Assembly: GCA_965223905.1 (NCBI GenBank)
Contig: CBDCXV010000010.1
Span: 992,001 to 1,056,000, forward strand
DNA from: Candidatus Latescibacterota bacterium
GTDB lineage: Bacteria; Latescibacterota; UBA2968; UBA8231
Direction: 5' to 3'
Length of the DNA stretch: 64,000 nucleotides
Positions 50,365-60,500 of this stretch are shown here, in pieces. Made by a program: the position numbers and the translations under genes. How positions within the stretch are numbered: position 1 is the stretch's first letter; each line of letters starts with the position of its first letter. Below the pieces are notes generated by a model, which searched no databases, was not told the DNA's origin, and worked only from the letters and a program-made list of their open reading frames with translations.

Positions 50365-52911
50365 TCACAGCCTCGGGTCGACCGGCTCGCTCTCCAGTGC
50401 CAGCACTCCGAAGACGCACTCGTGCACGCGGTAGAGCGGCTCCCCCTCGACGAAGCGGTGCAGGGCCTCCATGCCGAGGGCGAACTCCCGCAGCGCCAGC
50501 GAGCGCTTGACCGACAGGCGGCGCTGGCGCAGGCGCTCGATCTGCCCGGGGAGGGTGTACTCGGGGCCGTAGATGATGCGCAGGTACTCCCGCCCCCGGC
50601 ACTTGAGCGCCGGCTGCGCCGGCCCCCGCCGGCCCCGGGCGAGCCAGTCCAGGGGCTTGACCACCATGCCCTCGCCGCCGCTTTCGGTGAGCTCCAGCCA
50701 CCAGCGGGTTCCCTGCTCCTCGCTGTCCGGATCCCCCGTGTCGACGAGGCGATACCGCGTCTCGAGCAGCAGCTCCGCGTCCGCCCGGCACAGCCCGGCG
50801 AGGGTCTCCATGTGCCAGAGGTGGTCCTGGTCGACGTGGACGCGGCCCTCGGTCGCCAGCAGGTGGAAAGGGGCGACCCGGAGATCCGAGAGGCTGTTGA
50901 CCGGCCAGCAGTAGCGACGGTAGGCGTCGACGTAGCGGGAGATGCAGCCCTGCCGCTGCCGCAGGTGGGCCTCCAACTCTTCGTTGCCGCCTCCTCTTTC
51001 CGCGGCCTGCCCCAGGGCGGCGAGGGCGGCCTCGAAGGCGGCCCCTGCCGCGGACCCCGCCGGGGCGTACTGGCTGCGCAGCAGCTCCTGCGCCTTTTCC
51101 GACCAGGGCATGATCTCGGCGTCGAGGCAGACCCAGTCGCTGTCGAACCGCTGCCAGAGTCCGGCGCCTTCCACCGCCGCGCGCAGTCTCGCCACGACCT
51201 CCGAGCCGCGCTCCGGGTCGCTGAAGAAGGGGCGCCCGGTGCGGGTGAACACCACCCCGGCCTCGCCGCCGCCGGCTCCGAATCTGCGCTGCGCCGCGGC
51301 TTCGTCCCGGCAGAGCAGGATTACGGCCCGCGACCCCATGTGCTTCTCCTGGCAGATCACCCGGGAAATCCCCTGGCCCCGGTAGTGGGCGAAGCTCTCG
51401 CGCGGATGCTCGAGGTATTCCCCTTCCGCGGCGGTGTCGGACGGGGCCATGGTCGGCGGCAGGTAGACGAGCCAGCGCGGGTCGACGGCGAAGCGGCTCA
51501 TCACCTCGAGAGCGGCCGCGGCGTTCTCCTTGCGGATGGCGACGCCGCGGTTCAGTCGCGTGGGGATGAGCCGCTTTCCGAGCACGTCGCCGATGTCGAG
51601 CAGGTCGCCGTAGGGCCGTGACTCTTCCGCCTCTCCGGAGGACGGGAGCGGCCGCACCGGCTCGCAGTAAACCTGCCGCGCCGGGACCTGGACGATCTCC
51701 CTTTCCGGGTAGCGCAGCGCCGTCAGCCTGCCCCCGAAGACGCACCCGGTGTCGATGTTGACGGTGCGGTTCACCCACTCCGGCTCCGGCACCGGGGTGT
51801 GGCCGTACACCACCGTCGCCCTGCCGCGGTAGGCCGCGGCCCAGTCGCAGCGCACCGGCAGCCCGAACTCGTCGGTCTCGCCGGTGGTCTCGCCGTATAG
51901 GGCGAACTCGCGCACCCGGCCGGAGGCCCGTCCCTGGAGGGCCTCCTCGAGGCCGGCGTGGGCGACGACGAGCTCGCCGCCGTCGAGCACGTAATGGCTG
52001 ACCAGGCGGCCGATGAAGGCCGCGGCCTCGGCGGCGAATTCCGCCGGCTCGCGCTCGAGCTGTTCCAGGGTCTCGGCGAGGCCGTGGGAGACCTTCACGT
52101 CCCGCCCCTGCAGCTTGCGCAGCAGCTTGACGTCGTGGTTGCCCGGAATGCAGAGAGCCGTTCCCGCCTCGACCATCCCCATGACCAGGCGCAGCACCTC
52201 CGGAGAGCGGGGGCCGCGGTCGACGAGATCCCCGAGGAAGACGGCCTTGCGCCCTTCCGGGTGGCGCGCCTCCGGCCCCGCGGAACCGGAGCCGACCTCC
52301 CAGCCGAGGGCGAGGAGCAGTTCGGTCAGCTCGTCGTAGCAGCCGTGGACGTCGCCGACGATGTCGAAGGGGCCGCGCTCGCCGCGCCGGTCCGGCCACA
52401 GCGGCTGGCGCTCGATGAAGGCGGCATCCGCTTCTTCCGGGCTGCCGAACACGGTGACGGAGTGGAAGCCCTCCCGCCTGAGGCCGCGCAGGGAGCGGCG
52501 CAGGGAGCGGCTCTGCCGGCGCACCACGTGGAGGTCGATGTCGCGGTCGGCGCGCTCCTCGTTGCGCCGCTGGCAGAGCTGCGGCGGCAGGTCGAAGACG
52601 ATGGCTGCGGCGAGGAGGTGGAACTCGCGGGCCAGGGCGATCAGCCTGGCGCGGTCCTCCGGCTTCACGCTCGTCGCGTCGATCACGGTGAGCCTGCGGC
52701 CGGCGAGCCGTTTGCCGGCGATGTAGTGAAGGAGTTCGAAGGCGTCGCCGGTGGCGGACAGGTCGTTCTCGTCGTCGGCGACGAGGCCGCGGCAGTAGTC
52801 GGAGGAGATCACCTCGGTGGGCCGGAAGTGCCGGCGCGCAAAGGTCGTCTTGCCGCTCCCCGAAGGGCCGGCGAGCACGACCAGCGAGGGCTCGGGAACG
52901 GTCAGCTTCAT
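50365..52911 (-). CDS. pnkp: Polynucleotide kinase-phosphatase-ligase Pnkp
   Basis: Kinase GPSGSGKT; phosphoesterase GDVHG, GDLVDRG, GNHD; ligase QEKHMGSR, EGMVVKP, LKCRG, ESEPVDPRL; start MKLTVPE overlaps the hen1 stop. Confidence 0.95.
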   Translation of the reverse strand: MKLTVPEPSLVVLAGPSGSGKTTFARRHFRPTEVISSDYCRGLVADDENDLSATGDAFELLHYIAGKRLAGRRLTVIDATSVKPEDRARLIALAREFHLLAAAIVFDLPPQLCQRRNEERADRDIDLHVVRRQSRSLRRSLRGLRREGFHSVTVFGSPEEADAAFIERQPLWPDRRGERGPFDIVGDVHGCYDELTELLLALGWEVGSGSAGPEARHPEGRKAVFLGDLVDRGPRSPEVLRLVMGMVEAGTALCIPGNHDVKLLRKLQGRDVKVSHGLAETLEQLEREPAEFAAEAAAFIGRLVSHYVLDGGELVVAHAGLEEALQGRASGRVREFALYGETTGETDEFGLPVRCDWAAAYRGRATVVYGHTPVPEPEWVNRTVNIDTGCVFGGRLTALRYPEREIVQVPARQVYCEPVRPLPSSGEAEESRPYGDLLDIGDVLGKRLIPTRLNRGVAIRKENAAAALEVMSRFAVDPRWLVYLPPTMAPSDTAAEGEYLEHPRESFAHYRGQGISRVICQEKHMGSRAVILLCRDEAAAQRRFGAGGGEAGVVFTRTGRPFFSDPERGSEVVARLRAAVEGAGLWQRFDSDWVCLDAEIMPWSEKAQELLRSQYAPAGSAAGAAFEAALAALGQAAERGGGNEELEAHLRQRQGCISRYVDAYRRYCWPVNSLSDLRVAPFHLLATEGRVHVDQDHLWHMETLAGLCRADAELLLETRYRLVDTGDPDSEEQGTRWWLELTESGGEGMVVKPLDWLARGRRGPAQPALKCRGREYLRIIYGPEYTLPGQIERLRQRRLSVKRSLALREFALGMEALHRFVEGEPLYRVHECVFGVLALESEPVDPRL

Positions 52912-54308
52912 AACGAGAACACTGCCATCTGCGTCGGCGGGCCGAGCTCCGGGTCCTCTTCGCCGACCGGCAGGAAGCGGACCGAGTACCCGAAGCGGCC
53001 GGCCGCGGCCTGCGCCCAGTCCCGGAACTGCTTCCGCGTCCATTCGAAGCGGTGGTCGCGGTGGCGGAAGCGGCCCGCGGGAAGGGACTCGAAGCGGCTG
53101 TTGTAGTCGGCGTTCGGCGTGGTCGCGATCACCGTCGCCGGCCGCGCGAACTCGAAGAGGACGCGCTCGAACGCCGGCAGCCGCGGCGGATCGATATGCT
53201 CGATCACCTCCACGGCGCAGGCGGCGGCGTACCCGGAGAGGCGCTCGTCCCGGTAGGTGAGGGAGCCTTGGAAAAGCTCGAGGCGCTGCCGCCGTCCGGC
53301 CGGGAGGCGCTCGAGGCCGAGGCGCTCCCCGGCGATCTCGAGGGCGCGGTGGGAGACGTCCATGCCGGCGATGCGGCCGCACTCCCCGTCGTCGAGCAGG
53401 GCCTTGAGAAGCTTGCCCTCGCCGCAGCCGAGATCGATGACGCTGCGCGCGCCCGCCTCCCGGAGCGCCCCCCTGACCGCTGCGAGGCGCTGGTCGTTCA
53501 GGCTGAGCGCGCGCTCGAGACCCTCCTCCTCCTGCTCATGCGCCGGTTGGCCATCGGCGTCCGGGTCTTCCTCGGCGACGAGCCGGGCCAGCGCCTCGCG
53601 TGCCAGGTAGCGCTGGTGCTTGAGGTAGCGGCGGGCGATCTGCTCCCGCTCAGGGTGCGAAGAAAGCCAGCCTTCCCCCCGGGCCAGCAGCTTGTCGAGC
53701 TCCTCCTGCCCGACCCAGTAATGCTTGTCGTCGTCGAGCACCGGAAGCAGGACGTAGAGGTGGGAGAGGAGGTCGCGGAGCCGGCAGGTTCCGGCCAGCC
53801 GCACCCGGTAGTACGGGCTCTTCCCCCATTCGGGGAAGTTGCTGTCGAGAGGGAGGCGCCGGGCCTCGACCGCGTACCCGAGCGGCTCGAAGAGGCGGCG
53901 CAGGAACGGCTCGCCCCCGCGGCAGGGGAGCACGGCGATCTCTGCCTCTAGGGGAAGCGGCGTGTCTGCGAGCTCGGGCCGGTCCTTGCTGCTGCCCTTT
54001 AGAGCCGAACCGAAGATGCGGGCGATGGCGACGCTGAGGAAGGAGGAGGCGACGTAGGGGCGGTCGTTGACGTACTGCTTCAGAGCCCCGCCGTCGCCGG
54101 GGTTGGCGCCCCGGGGGCCGCGCACCAGACCGACCGGATCGAGGTCGAGCAGCAGCGCCGCTTCGCAGCGGTCCTCGCGCGCCACCGGGTAGAAGACGTG
54201 CGCCTGTCCGAACGGCAGGGGAAACGACTGGCAGCGGGCCGGGTTCTTCACCAGCAGGTACCCGAGGTCGGTCGCCGGCTTTGAAGTGGTCGCGATCGTC
54301 AGCAGCAT
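52908..54308 (-). CDS. hen1: 3' terminal RNA ribose 2'-O-methyltransferase Hen1
   Basis: MLLTI..ATDLGYLL.KNP, YVNDRPY, DLGCGEG, EVIEH, TTPN.DYN, FRHRDHRFEW. Confidence 0.96.
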   Translation of the reverse strand: MLLTIATTSKPATDLGYLLVKNPARCQSFPLPFGQAHVFYPVAREDRCEAALLLDLDPVGLVRGPRGANPGDGGALKQYVNDRPYVASSFLSVAIARIFGSALKGSSKDRPELADTPLPLEAEIAVLPCRGGEPFLRRLFEPLGYAVEARRLPLDSNFPEWGKSPYYRVRLAGTCRLRDLLSHLYVLLPVLDDDKHYWVGQEELDKLLARGEGWLSSHPEREQIARRYLKHQRYLAREALARLVAEEDPDADGQPAHEQEEEGLERALSLNDQRLAAVRGALREAGARSVIDLGCGEGKLLKALLDDGECGRIAGMDVSHRALEIAGERLGLERLPAGRRQRLELFQGSLTYRDERLSGYAAACAVEVIEHIDPPRLPAFERVLFEFARPATVIATTPNADYNSRFESLPAGRFRHRDHRFEWTRKQFRDWAQAAAGRFGYSVRFLPVGEEDPELGPPTQMAVFSL

Positions 54309-54324
54309 GGGTCACAGCTTCCGA

Positions 54325-54353
54325 TTGACTTAGCTATCATAGAATGATATCAT
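54325..54353 (+). promoter_or_regulatory. Sigma70-like promoter TTGACT-N17-TATCAT with overlapping palindrome TATCAT-N3-ATGATA (candidate HicB operator)
   Basis: -35 at 54325-54330, -10 at 54348-54353, inverted repeat 54335-54349; hicA ATG 6 nt after the -10, likely leaderless. Confidence 0.7.
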
Positions 54354-54359
54354 CAGCGA

Positions 54360-54611
54360 ATGAACCGGCGCCATCGCAGGACGCTCGAGGCGATCTTCGC
54401 CCATCCGCCCGGCGCCGTTCGTTGGCGGGATGTGGAGTTCATGCTCAAGGGGCTTGGCGGGATCGTAAGCGAACGAGCGGGCTCCAGAGTGGCGATTCTG
54501 CTGAACGATCGAGTCGCGGTCTTCCACCGGCCCCATCCGGGCCCCGAGATGAGCAGGGGGGCGGTGAGGGACCTGCGCCGATTCCTGGAGAATGCGGGGG
54601 TTATACCATGA
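54360..54611 (+). CDS. hicA: HicA toxin (type II TA, mRNA interferase)
   Basis: RTLEAIF..RWRDVE..GSRV..FHRPHP..VRDLRRFL. Confidence 0.9.
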   Translation: MNRRHRRTLEAIFAHPPGAVRWRDVEFMLKGLGGIVSERAGSRVAILLNDRVAVFHRPHPGPEMSRGAVRDLRRFLENAGVIP

Positions 54612-54937
54612 TCGAGTACAAGGGCTTTCTCGGTGTCTTCGATTTCGAGCCCGATACCAGTTCGTTTCACGGGACCGTGGTCAACACGAACGACGTCATC
54701 TCCTTCTACGGCTCTTCGGTGGTCGAGTTGCGCCGGGAGATGCGTCGATCAGTCGAGGAGTACCTGGCTTTCTGCCGGGAGCAGGATCGTCCGCCGGAGA
54801 AGCCTTTTTCCGGGAAGTTGATGCTGCGCACGACGCACGACCTCCATCGGAGGGTCGCCCTGCAGGCCGCCCGCCATCGGTTGAGCATGAACGCCTATCT
54901 CCAGAGGGTCCTGGAGAGGGCCGTGGCCGAAGACTGA
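54608..54937 (+). CDS. hicB: HicB antitoxin (RNase H-like fold plus RHH)
   Basis: MIEYKGF..FHG.V..DVISFYG..SVEEYL..KPFSGKLMLR..LHRR..SMN. Confidence 0.92.
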   Translation: MIEYKGFLGVFDFEPDTSSFHGTVVNTNDVISFYGSSVVELRREMRRSVEEYLAFCREQDRPPEKPFSGKLMLRTTHDLHRRVALQAARHRLSMNAYLQRVLERAVAED

Positions 54938-54992
54938 CTCTCACCCGAGGTGCGCCGCCTGGCCCGGGCCGCCCATCCCTTCCCTGGAAGAC

Positions 54993-57212
54993 ATGAATCA
55001 GATGAAACAGCCCCGAATATTCAATGTCGCCTTCTTGTTGGCCTGTGTCCTGTTGGTGCGGGATGGCCTCGCCCAGGAATATACCCGCTGGAATCTGCCC
55101 GAAGGGGCTCTCGCCCGTCTGGGCAAAGGCCGCATCGGTAGTGGGGACCGAGCGGTGGCCTATTCCCCCGATGGCACACGGCTGGCCGTGGCAAGTGGCA
55201 TCGGTATCTGGCTCTACAATGCTGGCACCGGTGCTGAAATCGCCTTGTTCACGGGGCATACAAGGTATGTCCGTGCGGTGGCGTTCTCCCCGGATGGGAC
55301 CACTCTGGCCAGTGGTAGTTTCGACTCCACAGTTGTGCTGTGGGATGTGGCCAGCGGACAAAAGAAGGCAGCCCTCCAAGCGCATACGGATGGGGTCCTT
55401 TCGGTGGCGTTTTCGCCGGATGGGGCCACCCTGGCCAGTGGGAGTCGGGACGGCACGGTTGTGTTGTGGGATGTGGCCAGCGGGCAGGAGAAGGCCACTC
55501 TCCGGTATACGGGGAGGGTCCTTCATACGGGGAGGGTCCTTTCGGTGGCGTTCTCCCCGGATGGGACCACTCTGGCCAGTAGTGTAGGTTGGCCGGACTA
55601 TGCGGTTGTGTTGTGGGATGCGGCCAGCGGGCAGGAGAAGGCCACCCTCCAAGAGCATAAGTATAAGTATGAGGTCTATTCGGTGGCGTTCTCGCCGGAC
55701 GGGACCATCTTGGCCAGTGGGAGTCCGGACGGCACGGTTGTGTTGTGGGAGGTGGGCAGCGGGCAGAAGAAGGCCACCCTCCAAGGGAATACGGATGGGG
55801 CCCGTTCGGGGGTGTTCTCGCCGGATGGGACCCGTTCGGTGGCGTTCTCGCCGGATGGGACCACCCTGGCCAGTGGAAGTTGGGACAATACGGTTCGGTT
55901 GTGGGATGTGGCCAGCGGGCAGGAGAAGGCCACCCTCCGAGGGCATACGGGGAGGGTCCACTCGGTGGCGTTCTCGCCGGATGGGATCACCCTGGCCAGT
56001 GCCAGTCGGGGAGGAGAGGTTGTGTTGTGGGAGGTGGCCAGCGGGCAGGAGACGGTCACCCTCCGGCATACGGATCTGGTCTGGTCGGGGGCGTTCTCGC
56101 CGGAGGGCACCACCCTGGCGGGTGCCAAGGCGGACAGCACTGTTGTGTTGTGGGAGGTGCCCAACGGGCAGGAGAAGGCCACCCTCCGGCATACGTCTTG
56201 GGTCAATTCGGTGGCTTTCTCGCCGGATGGGACCACTCTGGCCAGTGCCAGTGACGACAGAACTGTTGTGTTGTGGGAGGTGGCTAGCGGGCAGGAGAAG
56301 GCCGCCCTACAAGGGCATACGTCGTCTGTCGAGTCGGTGGCTTTCTCGCCGGACGGGACCACCCTGGCCAGTGGGAGTCAGGACGGCACTGTTGTGTTGT
56401 GGGAGGTGGCCAGCGGGCAGGAGAAAGCCACCTTCCAAGGGCATACCCATGCGGTCATTTCGGTGGCGTTTTCGCCGGATGGGACCACCTTGGCCAGTGG
56501 AAGTTGGGACGGCACCGTTCTACTGTGGGATATGTCGCCGTACATCACAGATCCACAGGTGCCTACCCCCGATTCGATGCTCCTTGCCCCCACGGAGGTG
56601 GAAGCCAGAGTCCTGGGCGACGCGGTCTCGAGCTTGACGGTCGAGTTTTCCCGCGCCATCGCTGGTCGCCGACCCGACTACGCCTGGAACGCGGTCACCG
56701 ACTCGGCCGGCCGCCTGGCCCTGACCATCACCAGCCCGGTTCGGCCCGGTGTCAGCGGCTTCTACCGCGCCCGGGCCCGCAACGAGGCCGGTGAGATCGT
56801 GACCCAATGGAACAGCATCCCCCTCAACCGCAACCGGCGCCAGATCCTGGAACTGACCTTGGGAGGCGGGGTGCGGATGGTTGCCGTCGAACGGCTGGAC
56901 CCGGCCAAAGAAGTGGCCCCGTCGGAGGAACCAGCCGTCAGTGGCCTGTCGCCCAATTTTCCCAACCCCTTCAACAGCACAACTCAGATCGCCTACCGCC
57001 TGGCCGCTCCCGGCCCGGTGCGGCTGGAGATCTACAATGCCTTGGGCCAGCCTGTGCGCACGCTGATAGATCAAGTCCAGGCCGCTGGCTTCTACCAGGT
57101 CCACTGGGACGCCCTTGACCAGCGGGGGGCCGCGGTGGCGGCAGGGGTCTACCTGATGCGTCTGTACTACCCCGATGGAGTGCAGTCCCGGAAGCTGCTC
57201 TTTCTCAAATAG
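54993..57212 (+). CDS. Secreted WD40-repeat protein with C-terminal FlgD/T9SS-like domain
   Basis: Signal peptide, LPEGALARLGKG cap, about 11 (F/Y)SP(D/E)G..LAS..LW(D/E) repeats, NFPNPFNSTT..IYNALGQPVRTL..GVYLMRL. Confidence 0.92.
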   Translation: MNQMKQPRIFNVAFLLACVLLVRDGLAQEYTRWNLPEGALARLGKGRIGSGDRAVAYSPDGTRLAVASGIGIWLYNAGTGAEIALFTGHTRYVRAVAFSPDGTTLASGSFDSTVVLWDVASGQKKAALQAHTDGVLSVAFSPDGATLASGSRDGTVVLWDVASGQEKATLRYTGRVLHTGRVLSVAFSPDGTTLASSVGWPDYAVVLWDAASGQEKATLQEHKYKYEVYSVAFSPDGTILASGSPDGTVVLWEVGSGQKKATLQGNTDGARSGVFSPDGTRSVAFSPDGTTLASGSWDNTVRLWDVASGQEKATLRGHTGRVHSVAFSPDGITLASASRGGEVVLWEVASGQETVTLRHTDLVWSGAFSPEGTTLAGAKADSTVVLWEVPNGQEKATLRHTSWVNSVAFSPDGTTLASASDDRTVVLWEVASGQEKAALQGHTSSVESVAFSPDGTTLASGSQDGTVVLWEVASGQEKATFQGHTHAVISVAFSPDGTTLASGSWDGTVLLWDMSPYITDPQVPTPDSMLLAPTEVEARVLGDAVSSLTVEFSRAIAGRRPDYAWNAVTDSAGRLALTITSPVRPGVSGFYRARARNEAGEIVTQWNSIPLNRNRRQILELTLGGGVRMVAVERLDPAKEVAPSEEPAVSGLSPNFPNPFNSTTQIAYRLAAPGPVRLEIYNALGQPVRTLIDQVQAAGFYQVHWDALDQRGAAVAAGVYLMRLYYPDGVQSRKLLFLK

Positions 57213-57570
57213 GAGGAAAATGCCAGCGCCGCCCAACGGGGCGGTCGCGATCATCGCTGCGGGGGGTTGCAATGGGGGTACCCCAGGTACCTTCATGCCC
57301 GGGAAAAGCACCGGCTCATCCCTGCCCCTTCTGTTCCGTCTTTCCAGCGCCCCTTCGGGCCCTCACCGCTCATCGGTCCCGGTCAGCCACTCCAGGTTGA
57401 ACCGTGCAAACGCTGATCCGGTCCCGGCCCTTTTCTCGCCGTTGGTGTAAAGGCAGAAGATGGTCCCCCGGGGAATCTCCGGGTGCTCTCCATGCTCGAC
57501 GGGGTCTTACCACCGGGAACGAACCGGGTATTCCCACGCTTCCCCGAGGTTTTGGGACCGCTTCGCCGCA

Positions 57571-60500
57571 TCAGTGATACAGCAGCTCCGCCATAATCGG
57601 CTGCCGCTCGATTTCGGGGCCTGCGATCTCGAGTTCCGGAACCTCCCCGGTCCAGTAGCGCTCGATCAGCCCCGGGACGTTGACGCCGTCGTACTCGAAC
57701 TGCATGTATTCGAGGTACCCCCCGGGGCGGATGTCGGCGAAATAGATCTCGATCGGGTGATACCCCTTCCTCAGGTAGATCGACCAGTTGCCGAGGGCGT
57801 GCCGCCGCGTGCCCGGATACCACTGCTGCAGGGGCGACCCCGGCCCGACCGCGGCCTTTGAACCACCCTCCCACCTGTTCTCGTACCCGAGGCGGACGTC
57901 GAGATCGTACCCGGCCAGCGGCGCGTACCTGATGAACTCCTCCGGGGCGAACAGGGTGTAGATCCCCTCTTCGGGGGCCCTGAAGAACCCCTCGTAGCGA
58001 AAGGCGAAGGCCTGCTTCTCCCTGCCTGAGAGGGGGCTCGTGTCGAATGCGGAAGCAACCGTCCCGGTTTTCGCTGCCTCGGTCAGCGGCGCCCCGAACA
58101 GCAGCTTCGGCCACTTGTCTTCGTAGTAGCTGTACTCGAGGCCGGGTTCGAGTCCGGCCGCAAGTGAATCGGGCAGGGGCTCGTGAGGGGATTCCCTGAC
58201 GTAGACCGCGCGGTAAACGCGGCTCGTCAAGGTGTTTCCCGCCCGGTTCGCCGGCATCTCCGTCAGCCAGTTTCTGAATGCGCGGGCCTTCAGGGTTACG
58301 GATTCCGAAAAGGTGAATCCTCCCGTGTACAGGTCGGACGCGAGGGTGGGGTCGCTGCCGTCGGTGGTGTAGCGGATGTCGACGTTCTCGTCCGGGCAGG
58401 CGATGGTAACGGTCACTTCCTCGGCGAAGGCGGATATGTCCGGGCCTATCGCCAGCTCGCCGATGGCGCGAAGGATGGGGAACCGTTCCTCGGCATGGCC
58501 GTCCCGCGCGAACTCGTAGCTCTCCGCTTCCCCGAGCACCAGGCCGCGTTCGGTTTCCTCCCCCGCCTTGCGCACCGTCAGGCTGGACTCGAGGCCATCG
58601 GCGACGAAATCGATGCGGTCGCCGTTCTCCAATACCACGGAGACTCCCCTGCCGCTGCGGCTCCGCTCGACCCGCAGCTCCTTTTCGGACTGCCCCTGCC
58701 GCCGCGGGTGGATGACGGTGATGAGCTGACTCCTGCCGGGCCCGCTCTCCCAGTCCGCGGCGAGGTGGAGGAACTCCCCTCCCGGCCTGCGGTCGGCGCG
58801 GTACCCCTTGTACCACTCCTCCTGCAGGGTGTAGGTCTTCACCGGGTTGTAGCTCAGGGCCTGCTTCTCGCCGGTTTCCAGCAGCACGGGGCCGGCGTGG
58901 TACATCGACAGGTTCGGTTTTTCTCCGGCATGGGAATGGAACATGCCTCTGCCGGGATCGGCGGAGACCCACTCCTTCTCGTACCCCTCCGGATCCTTCT
59001 CCGTCAGTTTCGGCATCCACCATTGCTGCCGGTAGCTCTGCGCCCGGTCCGCCTCCATGATGTCGAGGAGGAACCAGACCCCCTGTTCCTTCGCGAACTG
59101 GACGACGCGGTGATGGGAGATCTCCCCTTCGAGGGCGCCGGCGAGGATTTGCAGGTTGACGTCGTAGTGGTAGAGCATGGGCTCGTGATCGGGAGAGTCG
59201 CTGTACATCCCGTCGTACTTCCCCTCGGCGAGGTCGAAGGCGGCGCTGTGATGGGTGCGCCAGGGGGAGAGAGGCGCCAGCCCGGGCTGGTGCTCTCCCT
59301 TGCGTCCGTGTCCGGTGATGCCGGCGCGGGCGAACTGGTCCTGGCCGTCGACCTGAATCGGGCTGCGCACGTAGTGGTAGGCGTAGGGGATGCCCTGGAC
59401 GAGCAGCGTCTGGTCGAAGGCGCTGAGGGTGAGGGAGTTGCAGTTCTTGGCCCGCAGGAACAGGCCGCCGTCGAGGCCGCGGCCGCTCGAGTGCAGGAAC
59501 AAGCCGGCCTGGTCTTGGCGCGCGTCCCACCCGGAGCGCATGATGCTGATGTGGTTGTAGGGAAAGCTGATCGAGGTGTAGGGGGGAGGCCCTGAGGCGA
59601 ACAGCCCCCCTTTCAGCAGGGGGTTGTCCGCATCGGTCCAGGTGATTCCGCGCCAGTCGGGAGCGGTCTGGTTACGGAGAATTGTTGCGGCGACGGCCTG
59701 CAGGGAAGGATCCATCAGGGCCCTGGGCTGAAACCGGGCGACGAGGTTCACCCGGGTGCTGAAGCCGGCGTTGCGGCGGTCGGTCGATACGCCGTTCAGC
59801 ACCTCGCCCCCGGCTTCGAAGAGGTTGAGGTACCAGAACACGCGTTCGGCGAGGCGGTCCTCGTACTCCAGCTCCCGGCTGGGGGTGAGCCACTCGGGAT
59901 CGGCTTCCCTGATCCTGTCGAGGTAGACGGAGTTCTCGGTGAGCTCGTGGCGGCTGTACCCGGCCATGCGTCCGTACATCGAGCCGTCCGGCAGGTCGAC
60001 GAGGGCGTTGTAGATTTCGAACTGCCGGCGCGACTCGTTCTCCAGCAGCCTGGCGATCCTGAAGTCGTAGAAGAAATAGCTGAGGAACTGCTGCACGTGG
60101 ACGGCGCCGCAGGAGTGGTTGCCGCTCTGCTCGCGGTTGTAGTAGAGCGACTGCGGCAGCAGGACGGTCAGCTGCCGGACCAGTATGCGCGCCAGGGTCG
60201 TCGAGGGGAAACCCTCCCCTCCGGGAGGCAGCACGCGGGCGATTTCCGAGAGCGCGTGGATGAAATGCTCGCAGTTTCCGTGTCCCTGCTTGCCGTAGTC
60301 GAGGTTGAGGGGGTTGAGGTTTTCCTGGACGCGGCAGTTCATCGTGTAGTCGTCGTAGTACTCGAGGTACTTGTCGAGATACCTGCGGTCCCCGGTGTCG
60401 ACGAACTTCCACCAGAGCGTGCGGAAGTTGTGCTCCGAGGCGAAGTACTCGAACACCAGCGGCGTGTACCAGGGGTTCTGCAGACCCTCGGGCTGCCAGT

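Noticed and set aside
52912-53382. 157-aa N-terminal extension of Pnkp in the ORF track
   Set aside because: It overlaps hen1 in another frame; the real start is MKLTVPE at 52911
55150-56535. Regularly spaced DNA repeats resembling a CRISPR array
   Set aside because: They are in-frame WD40 coding repeats without unique spacers, and no cas genes are present
54993-57212. Diversity-generating retroelement acting on the WD40 gene
   Set aside because: No reverse transcriptase or template repeat seen, and the differences are not evidently adenine-specific
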